In this document: in pieces, positions 1 to 10,700 of the stretch
Numbering within the stretch: position 1 is the stretch's first letter
How the letters are laid out: the number at the start of each line of letters is the position of its first letter
Assembly (NCBI GenBank): GCA_040954595.2
Contig: CM082588.2
Coordinates: forward strand, 7,341,947 to 7,405,946
Direction: 5' to 3'
Source of the DNA: Balanoglossus misakiensis
Taxonomy: Eukaryota; Animalia; Hemichordata
Length of the DNA stretch: 64,000 nucleotides
Made by a program: the position numbers and the translations under genes
Notes under the pieces: model-generated
Database searches by the model: none
Told to the model about the DNA's origin: nothing
What the model saw: the letters and a program-made list of their open reading frames with translations, nothing else

Positions 1-295
1 GACTGCTTCATTCGATATTAAGTGGCTAAAATCAAAATTCACATGTTGACAGGTCCTTTGATATAGTGTAACCACTTTACTGTGCATATTACAAGACCAC
101 CTTCAGGTCAACAAGATAACTAGCCCACTTATACTGGGTAAAAAGTCCACAACTCACTGTACAGTAAGAGATAGACGAAATAAAAATCGGCCATCTTGAA
201 ATTGTGTCGATTTTTATCACTCACTTAGGTAGCAAAACCCTATATAAGGTAGGGAGACTTGAGGGACTATACAGTACTCAGAAGACCCTACTTAC

Positions 296-3200
296 CCACT
301 AAACTAGCCATTGTAGTTTCAATGGGCCCAGCATCTGCAGCAGCAGACGTGGAAGTAACTGTCGTGGCTGCGTTGCTGTCCGTCTGCTGCACCACATACA
401 TTCCAGTCAGCAGCTGTTCTGCGTTGTTCACGGAGGTGGCCTGTTCATACAAGCCCTGACAGTTCTGTGGAAGAAACAAACCCAGTCAAAAAAATGACGT
501 TCTCAATATCACGTCTGTCATTTACTCATGTTTGAAAGTTAGACTGTATTTGGACTTTGAAATTATTTTTAATGTAAGGAGATCGTGAACAGCACACCAT
601 GGTGACCCCAGGAAAGAAAATCAACCAAACTTTTGAAATTTAACAAGATCTGGGTGCAAGCCTCCCCATTGTGTGGTTGTGAAGAAGCAAAGAATTGGCC
701 ATTTCAATAACATAAAACTGGTATTCTAACAGAGTAAACCCAGTTACACTGAAACTCGATAGAACATTGGAAATTTCACTATCTTTTGTTTAGATCTGGC
801 TATATACATGTGCTAGATGTACAAGACTGTCTCTTTCAGAATAAATATATTTCAATAAAATCAAAAGGGACTGATGTTATTATGTGTATTATTCAGTCAT
901 TCCAATTGTACAAAGATATGTCCTCCGTGTTGGACCAAAATAAGTTTAAATAATTTTTCTATTTATTTATTTATTGAATTTAATCAAATTGTTTAAATGG
1001 GGCTGGGTACACTTGTACAGTGCATGTTGGAAGTACATGTTTACCATCAACCATGTGACTGTACGATTCTATTTTTAGGCAATGACTACTACATTTTCAC
1101 TTTCAGTTCATGTCTATTTTTTAGTACAAGGAGGGTATTTATAGAATTCCCAAATACCATAGTGTCTTTTGTGATATCAAAAATACATGTATGGTTTGAG
1201 AAATGTGTAAAACATGGCAGACTTTGCTTGTCCATACAGAACATGGTTGTATTTTGTGAGCAATGTTTACAACACTGACACAAACATGGTCCAGATCACT
1301 GACTGTTTTATTGGCGCATGTATGTTTAACCCTTCCACCCCCGTTTCTTAATACAGAGGTCCAACTGTACCATAGGAAACAATGGATTTGGGCAGAACCA
1401 TTGCGGTGGAAGGGTTAAGAAGAATGAATGGGACGGTATGAAAACAGGGATGACCAGTCAGAGATTTCATGAGACTCACCAGTGCCGGCTGTAATATTTG
1501 GTTTGTGGTCGTAAGCAGGACCCTGTTAGCCATGCTGCTTTCGTAGCTGGGTAAGGCCTCCAGAGAAGACGATTCATTGCTTTGGAGACTGGCCACCTGT
1601 TGCTGTTCTGAATTCTCACAACTGTCTCCATTTTTCTGCAATGATAGAAAGTTTCTATGTTACAGATGTACGATCAGTAAAATTGAAAGTATTTTCATTT
1701 CTTTTAATTGTTGATTTTTGGATTTTCCTCTGTATGTATAATGAAAATCCGTAAAAAAATCTAGGTGTCACCGTGCTTGTTTTCGAAAAACAAGGCCGCG
1801 AATTTAGTCAATAATTGAAGAAAACTGCTGAGTCAGCATTTTTCACCAATGGTTTGCCTATGGGTGAAATATTTAGTGAAGTTTATCTCAAAATACAGAT
1901 GTACAGATATAAAGAAATGATCAGAATGAGTTGTCTTTGAAACCCAGATATAACATCAGAAATTAACACTAACCTTATTCAGGTGGCCTTTCAAATGACT
2001 TTTCAAACTATATTGCGTAGTAAAGGCACGGCTGCAACCATCTTCTTTACAAGAGTAAGGTTTCTCGCCTGGTTTGAGGAAGAAATCAGACATTTTTTTG
2101 GATGAAGAAAAATATGATGACAGAGAGATTTGTCAGATATCTGATGTATACATGTACTGGATACCATGCTTAGAGTAGACATATTGTAAAACAGGAAATT
2201 TTCGAGGAATAAAACGGTAAAATTAAAAAATGTGTAAATTTTTTCAGAGATAACGATGCAGTTAGTGAAATACGAGAATGCGAAAATTAATGGTCGTGTA
2301 ACAGTTGCCTCTTTTGATATCACAAAAATTTCTTGTTTTACAGTATACAAGGGGGCTGTACTAGACTATATTCATGAACTATATAAACCTATTACTGAGT
2401 TCAATGCAAAAAGACATACATGTACGTGCAAATAAAGCCACATTATTTGACATTTTTTAAAATTATTTTGTTCTGGATGTTAAATGCAATTTGGTCTGTT
2501 CCCTACAGCATGGTAAATGACCACATATCAACATATATATCGATGTAGCATATGTATACATGACATGATCAGTGTGCCCTCTAACAAACACAATTTTGAA
2601 AAGCTTTGAGTCAATTTGAGGATTACTAAAATTTCTGAGTCAGCCCTATACCTTTACATGTATCGTGGATAATTTTCTTGAGTCACCAGTGAGTTTGTTG
2701 AGTCAGTGGGGGCGTCATATGGGCTTAGAAGGTACACTGGTCATGGCCAGATTGTAAACAACAGAGAGGCAGTAATGAGTACTATTTCTGACCTGTATGT
2801 GTTCGTATATGCGTCTTCAAATGATGACTTGCTGCAAAGGCTTTGCCACATGTATTGTAGTTACACCTAGACAACAAGTAACAATCATCACGTTAATTAA
2901 TTAAAGTACATTCGTTAGTCGTTAATTATTAGTTTAACACTGATTATTGAAAAAGTGATTTATGATAATATTCAAATATACAGTGAAAGTGTAAGGATAT
3001 TGTTGTCAAGAAATGTAAGTGTTCTTGTTCAGACTGTGCACCATCAATGCATTGCATCATTTCAAATTCACCAATGTTAGCCAGCATTCCATGGTATGAT
3101 TTTATTTTCACTTGCCTAAAACAATCGCACCTATCACGATAACATGTATGTATCAATGAGATTCTAAAATTTGACAATGAACAATGTGAGAGTCTAACAA

Positions 3201-5390
3201 GGAAATGCATGCAATGGTTGACGATTTGCCTTTTTTTCTGAATTTTGGAATGTACAGATGTACTTGAAGTACTGTAAAACACTTTTTTTTCGCGAGTCAA
3301 AATTTTCGCGATATCGAGAGAGGCCACTGTTACGCGAGTAATAATTTTCGCGTTTTCACACATTGTTCTTTCACAACTATATGTACGCGAGTCTTTATTT
3401 TTCGCGTTGTTTTGGCTCTCGCGTATTTAGCGTAAATTTAATGCTCGCGAAAATAAAGTGTTTTACAGTAACTAGAGTTGAATGATATGTAATCAGTACT
3501 AAATTGTCAATGGGTAGACAAACATAACAATCAATCAATCAATCAACAAAGTTTATTAGCGCCAAAATCCAAAAAGAAATTTTGCCCAATGACGCTCATG
3601 GTTAAACCACACTGTATGCTCTTTCGAACATATGAGTTTTAAGTTTTCTTTTGAAAGTCTCCAGGTTTGTAGATTCCCTGATGTCAAGAGGTAGTGCGTT
3701 CCACAGTTTAGGGGCTGCATAGGAGAAGGCACGGCCGCCATAAGTCTTGTTTTTGTAGGTTGTACATGTTAAAAGTTTCTTGGTGGATGAACGCAGTGTA
3801 CGAGTGGGAGTGTATGGCTGCAGTAGATCACTGATGTAAGCTGGAGTCTGGTTTTGGATAACTTTGAAAGTTATCAACAAAATTTTGTAGTCGATCCTGA
3901 GACGAACTGGTAACCAATGCATATGTTATGTCTAAACCTTGCTTACCTGTAAGGTTTTTCGCCCGTATGAGTTCTGACATGCTTTCGAAGGTCGCTTAGC
4001 GTTGTAAAATATTTAGTACACCCGTCTGAATCACAGTTGAAGGTTTCTCCTGAATGCAGTCGCTTGTGTGCTTTTAATCTGTGCAGACGAAGAGAGTTGT
4101 ACTTTGGTAATGGATTATGGACATATCATATCACGTGTGTGTGTGTGAGTGTGCACATTTGAGAACACTATGTATCTGTGTATAACTGTGTATGTATAGT
4201 ACGTGTACATGTGTGTGTCTGTATTTTGGACCACCAAACTCTGGACTGAATAGATAACCTTAAAGGGAAGCGGTCGCCGCCCCGCGTTTGTTTATTGATA
4301 AACATTAGAATTCATCCACAAATCCCTGAAATTAGATAATTCTTAGAATGAACGAAGCAGCCAACCGTAGCGTAGACTGGGCATGACAGCAACTGGAGAT
4401 CCTACTAGGTCGTGGCGACTGCAGTGGGGTTTGTGCTGGTATGGGAGGACATATTCTCATCAGGGGGAGGGGGGGGGGTTACACCAACGCGGCGCAACAA
4501 CTGCTAATTACAATGCTGGATGCCAGCAAATGATTATGTGTAGTGTAGAACTCCCAACATTCATGGGACAACTGGCCTCTCATGATGCCCTGTATTATTT
4601 CGGCACTTTGTACAAAAGTCAGTAGTATCATAACCACAGGCGTTGGAATCACACTGCTGTGATCTCCTAATTCAACCTGTAAATATCTGCAGCTTGAATC
4701 AAGTGATCGCAGAAGAGTGACTGAGTCTGGCGCTTATGATCATAACGGATGTGTTTATGTCACCTACCTGTATAGGGTGTTAAATGATTTGTTGCACTCT
4801 TGGAGTTCACATGAAAATGGCTTCTCATTGGTATGTACTCGAACGTGGATTTTTAAACTGTACGAGGTTAGAAACGCCTTCCCACATCCCGACTGCGAGC
4901 ACACAAAACTGTATTCTCCTTTGTGAGTCTTTTGGTGTGTTTTCAAATTACCCGCTGTACTATAGGTTCTCGTACAACCTTGGTAGCTGCATTTATATCG
5001 TTTGATTTCTTTTGTTTGGGTATTGGGATCGCTGGTTTCAAGCGTTAAGGTAGCTCCCCCGATATCTTCGGGCATGACATTTCCTGATGTGCTGATCTGC
5101 ATGTGAATCTGATCTGGTGAAATTGTGTGGTGTATAAAACATCCACTTTCGCCATCTTCGAGAACGTCGGTTTCCGCCATCATAGAATTGTCGCCGTCAC
5201 CGCAGCGGTGTCTCCCTTGTCCCATTCCTTCAATAAAAATCTGAGTCTGATCAAACTCGGTCGACACATAGTCGTCGTCGTTTTCAGCCGTCTCGTCCGG
5301 GTTTGTCTCTTCCTCCTCCTGGCTTTCGCTGCCATTGCCAAAATTACTGTCGGGTTGTTCTTCAAGTACAGTTCGCTCGTCGTCCGCCAT
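296..5390 (-). CDS. MTF1: Metal-responsive transcription factor 1 (six C2H2 zinc fingers), 5' part; continues beyond the window's left edge
   Basis: Phase-consistent GT-AG exons 5390-4768, 4078-3947, 2866-2793, 2068-1974, 1635-1480, 464-296. They encode [25 protein letters not shown]...[23 protein letters not shown] (six MTF1-type fingers), preceded by the conserved [15 protein letters not shown] segment. Start Met (MADDER, 5390) is inferred. Confidence 0.93.
1326..1418. mobile_element. Small piggyBac-like MITE (TTAA target site, CCCTT termini)
   Basis: ttaa-cccttccacc ... ggtggaaggg-ttaa inverted termini in an MTF1 intron. Confidence 0.55.
2570..2739. mobile_element. hAT-like MITE (second copy at 51161-51332)
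   Basis: cagtgtgccctctaa ... ttagaaggtacactg terminal inverted repeats; the same ~170 bp recurs at 51161-51332 with a near-perfect 8-bp flanking duplication (gatcctag/gatgctag). Confidence 0.6.
3270..3470. mobile_element. TA-flanked MITE (Tc1/mariner-like)
   Basis: tactgtaaaacacttt ... aaagtgttttacagta inverted termini; related copy at ~2183-2345 and a fragment at ~51690-51724. Confidence 0.65.
3527..3922 (-). mobile_element. 5'-truncated LINE (L2/CR1-group) 3' end
   Basis: [22 protein letters not shown]...[17 protein letters not shown]...[10 protein letters not shown] is the typical ORF2 C-terminus; followed on the minus strand by AATAAA and a (TTGA)n tail. Confidence 0.85.
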
Positions 5391-7791
5391 GATGGAAAAT
5401 TTGGTCGTGAAGACTGACAATATTATCAATATTCCAGTTCGACGATTCATCTTTGTGATAAATGAAATCAGCACGCAATGTTGTGAGTTTAAATCCTATA
5501 TACGATTTTACAAAAAATAATAAATGTTTATATTAGAGAAAATATGGGCTATTCTGTGTGGAATAAAATATTTCATTGGATGAATCAACACTGAGCTAGA
5601 AATAATCCGATAACTATTTAAATGGTCTATGAGAGCTTGCATAATACAATGTACATTGCATGACGATACCATGGTAATGACAGATTTTTATCTAGGTGAA
5701 CGTGATATGAGAGCCGGCAAAGTGCAATATATGTTTTACTATGGGTGGGAATTCTCTTAGAGTTCGAACAATTTTAAAAGTCTATTTCGGAGAACTCACA
5801 AAGGTCATAGCGGGTTACCTTGATTAACTTTCGGAATTGAACGTTGGTGGCGCTGCCGGACAGACGAGGTCACCTCCAGGTTACTTTCTTTGTTTTACCT
5901 GTAAAGTTTACAATTCTGTTACTTTTTTACGGCCCAAAGAACAATAATAGGAGAAAGGCTTGATGTATAGGTGGAAGAAATGGTATAGTCAACGACATTT
6001 TCTATCAACACGAGAATAGACAATAGATAAAACTTGGCTTAGGCCAATATTATTGTGATGCTGACAGGGACTGTGATTCCTGATTCCTCAACTATCTCCT
6101 ACAATTTCCGATTGTTACTTTGTCAATATGAACTGACATACAACAAATAACACTTTGACACCTCGGTTTGTCCAATTGGAATATATTTGCTGTGTTGTTG
6201 ATTTGCACCAACGTACAAAGTCCACGTGAGCCTCGGTATGGCAATAACCAAGCGCACAAATTTTCCACCTGTTGTCCGACGACCAAAATGGCGGTGTGAC
6301 TTTTTATGTTCAACAAGACTTGAAAATGCTGCAGACATCTGGTTAATGGTAATCCCAGCCTTGCACACATTCTTGTATGCTCTGACTTAAATCTTCGGAG
6401 ACAACAATTGAACACCATAGGAGGGTGAAACTCTTCAACAGGTGAGAAATCATAGAAATAACAGACGAGTCAGCGTTTTTAAGTGGGTGTGGGCGGGGTT
6501 AGGCAAACAGCCGATATTTCCTCCTATATTGTCTGGGTGCCACTAGAAGGAAGTGTAAAATGGCGCTGACTTCAGAAAGGTGTGAATCCGCGCAAATATA
6601 CAAACAACCTTAAACTTCTGTCCTGTGTGTCGGTGTGTCGGTCCTAATAGATTGTGTGGCCTGACATTTATATACTCGACAACCACTTTTACACCACGGC
6701 GGAGTGAAAACACTTCAACAGGTGAGCATTTCATGAACGCGCATAGCAATGTAGATAGTGTCATATTCGATAATTACACGCAGTTGCTCCTAATCAATTA
6801 AATTGACCATTGGCAGTCACCTTTACATTTCAAGAAAGACGAAGTTTGTTCAATGTTGATTTTTATACCAAACGGGTCTTAAATTTCTATTCGGACAAAG
6901 GGCGTATATCGGTCACCTCATATCGACTACATGTATATGATTTATTGTCCTGCCGTTTTTTCAACTAACATATGTCCTAGAAAATGGACACTCTAACAGA
7001 ATGTTCTCTACGCAAAGATGACGTTGTTTAGACAACCATTTACAATATTTTAAAATGTATAACAATGACCCATTACTTAACAGTGATAGTGACCAATCAC
7101 AGATTTTCAGTGGTTGCACACGCGAAAAAAGAGCGCCACCATACGTTCTTTCGAACACTCAAATACGCCATTTCAGCTATATATGGCGATATGTTAGTTG
7201 GAGGTGACCGTATACCTTTCAGGATTGTATTTAATATTTAATTGATGCACCGTTGCTGTCTAATGCACGAATCAATTATTGTTGGCTGTACTTTGAACTG
7301 TATCCATGACAACCGAGGCTGAAAGGCCTAGAAGAGTGCGTCAACCTCACAAACAAAGTTTTGGAAGTGTGCCAATTCTGGCGTCGCGATTCCTGACGTG
7401 TCACGTCTCAGTACAGATATGTGGTACATTGACAAACGTTGTACAAATGCTTTACTTAAAACTGATCCAGATTAATGGAAAGTAAAACCTTGTTGTGAAA
7501 TAATATTTGAGTTTTTGTTGCCATTGTATCAAAACCATTTTCTGAACAGGAACAGTACTGTTTAAAATATCATAGACCAGTATGTACCACCGTTTACCGA
7601 TAAATGGTGGTAATGACGCTGTGCTCACATTGTAGGTTGATGTAGACATTTCGAATGGTAGTTCTCGTTTCATAAAATACATAATGTCTACTGACCGATT
7701 CACTCGCATTTTACAGCAAATACCTTTTAGAAATACCGGTAGTATAAAAATATCTCTATAAACACGAACCTAATTTTATTCTCAATTAGAA

Positions 7792-10700
7792 ATGGCAAAG
7801 GTGAAGAATCGTTTGTTGGTTGTCGGAGAGGAATGGTGGCCGAGAAGTCGCAATATTGCAACATGTCTTACTGAGAGACAATTGGCCATCGATCATGCTG
7901 ATGGAAACAACCAGGTTTACTTCATGGCGTTACAGGCTTCTGACAAAGAAGTTGAAGAAGCAAGGCGTCATGGAGTGGAGTTGATTCTCCCAATCAAAGA
8001 AGGGAAGCCGACAAGTGATTGGTTAATTTTACACGAACACTATTTTCAACAGTTAAAGAAATATCGCCCAATTACGACCATATACGGTACTGCTTGTAAG
8101 GATGGAACTGCCAGTACAGCAAAGAGTATTCAAGCGAAGGTTTTCCCATCTGCGGACTTCGTTCCTGTCTATTCTGACATACCGGAAAACATGAACCTCA
8201 ATCCTTCAGACTTGGCTGCTAAAGATGATGAAATGATGCAATATGCAGAGACGTCCTCTGTCATTATATCTGTTGGACCAACAGTACACGAGGAGTTGAA
8301 GATGAAGATTCGAGCTCTGCTAGACTCACAAGTGGAGAATGTTCTGTACATTCCTTGGATGAAGAAAGATGTAGACGAGATTTCGCTCAAGAAAAGAGAC
8401 TTAAAGACTGTTGAAGTCTTATCTGTGCACACAATATCAGACCTACAGGATCTGGAGGAATTCGAAACAGCAGCTCGAGGCATGGGGAAACTTGCTTACG
8501 CGTACAGTTATATTCCCAGAGACACAAAGTGGAAGTTCAAAGGATTTATAGCGTCAGATCCTGCGCAATGCAAAACGTGTAAGCAGAAGCTAGAGACGAT
8601 GGCTGAGTCAGATCAGTTAATTGTCAATCTATACCGAAACGACACACCAATAAACCAGTTAAAGAAAGACTTGAGGCAGTGTGACATCCTGGTAAACTTC
8701 ACAACTAAAGGCGACCCATTTGGTGTGATTGGTCTTCTATCCTGCGCTGCTGGTGTGCCCACTGTACAGCCAAGGCAATCAGGTCTTGCAAACTTCACAA
8801 AAGAACACTTCCCCTTACTCGGTGTACCATACTGTGACGTGGGACCAAACGAAAATGTCAAGAGCGGAAGTGAAAAGTGGGCACGTGCTGTCAATGGTAT
8901 CATAAGTGATTATGACCGTGCAAAGAATGCGGCACAAGAACTGAAGACGGCACTGCAAATATCTGCTGAGAATGGTGTTATTGCTGACCACCACAAGAAG
9001 CTTTTGAAAAGTGTACGTTGTCCTACAGAATGTGATGACCCTGCTGAAGAGCCTTCCAAAGGTAAGTGGTGATACATGAAAGAGACGATTAAGTACATGT
9101 TTTTATAGAAACATTATTCGATCCTTTTAACGAAACATAGTAAATCGCCATATTAGACATATTTTCCAATTTAAAAATTAACCGATGCAGCGTAGTGATA
9201 AAAGCATTTCAATACACAAAAGCTATTAAAAGTTTTACCAAAATCAATTTGCGCTTGAAGTGTTTATGTAGATTAAATGGAAAGGTGATGGTAAATTCTA
9301 ATACGTAATTTCACACCTGTCACTAGGGGAAAAGAAAACATTTCCTTACAAAGGACAACAAGCTTTGAATTCCGGTAGCAGCCAAACCGAAAAGCAAGTC
9401 CAAGATGTCCCTAGCAACAACGGGTCCAAAAATGGTGATCTGAATAATGGTGAAGGTGGCCAGCAAAATCCTGACAGTGGACAGACGCATGAAGTTCAAC
9501 ACTCAGTCAACTCGAATCTGGGTAAGGGTGCTGATTGGGTACATTTGTACGCCTAGTGAAAATTACTCGTCTGTCCTTATAAAACAATATTCATACAATA
9601 TTCAAACTGAAAACCAAATGAAATGGTTCTCGTGGCCCCAGCACAGAAGATAATGCACGGAACTATAGTTGCTCACATTCACTCGTCCCTGTATACTACT
9701 TATTGTATCGTTCGTCATATAATTTGATGATGCATTTGCCAATATATGATGTAGAATACAGTTGTGTAATGAAACAAAATGAGGTTTGAATTAAGAACAT
9801 ATTTGTACTCGAGGATGTCTCTCTTCATGTTGAGCAATGGAAACGTTCGTTTATGCGTTTGTTTGTTTGTTTGTTTGTATTGTCTGTCTGGTGTATGTGT
9901 TTGTGTTTAGATCAAGTGAATAGGGACTCGCTTAATTCTTATCTGGGCAATTAAAACATCCATTGCGGATGTGGATTTTGTCTTTGAAATTTTGTGATAG
10001 GTCTTGCTTCGAATCCTGTACAACACATGTCAATTCTAATACATTGTACTCATTGTATGTTATTTCAGGGGAAATAGTAGTCAAGCTTAAGGTGTCTGGT
10101 CCAACCTTGACTCCAGACCAGGTTGAACTCATCGAAAATGAGATAATCAACAACAGCAGCTCTGAAAACGATTTACCAAAAGTCAAAGAGCATCTCAACA
10201 GTGTGGGAAACATACAAATTGAAGAAATTAAGCGGGGTAGTGTAAATGTTGTATTGACTTGCCAGACATCAAAGTCAGTGGAGAGACTATGGCGTGACTA
10301 CAGGCAAGGGATACTGGGAGATCTGTTTAAGGCAGACATGATCACACCCGAATTGCTCCACAAACTCAATGTATCTGACGTTAACCTGAAGACAACCATA
10401 GAGACATGGAGATATCAACTATGTCTGGCAGAATTGAAGTACTTCAAGGAAGGCAAGTCTAATAGTTTAACAATGTAGTTATTGTTGCCGAACATTGTGT
10501 ATTCGTTTGAATTGAAGGATTTTACCTGAAACATTTGGTTATTTCCATTTCCAGACTCATGTCTGCGTTGTGTCTTTGTCGTACTTTCTATTTGTACACT
10601 CACGTTCTTATGGATCATTGTCAAAATTGCAAATGCGTTCAACGATATATGTCATGACGATTTCGTCACTTTAATTATTATAGGCTATGTACCGGAAGTG

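Noticed and set aside
5746-5756. NF-kB-like site gggaattctc
   Set aside because: One mismatch to consensus and altered (gagaattctc) in the duplicate upstream of copy 2
6123-6418. ORFs upstream of copy 1 (and 17629-17950 upstream of copy 2) as small genes
   Set aside because: Frames and lengths are not preserved between the duplicates and there are no recognisable motifs
6362-7121. MRE cores (TGCACAC at ~6362 and ~7115) suggesting MTF1 control of copy 1
   Set aside because: A degenerate 7-mer expected by chance at about this density; only one is kept in copy 2; not enough to call
8169-8903. Antisense ORFs repeated in all three copies
   Set aside because: Shadows of the plus-strand GT exon; recurrence is explained by duplication
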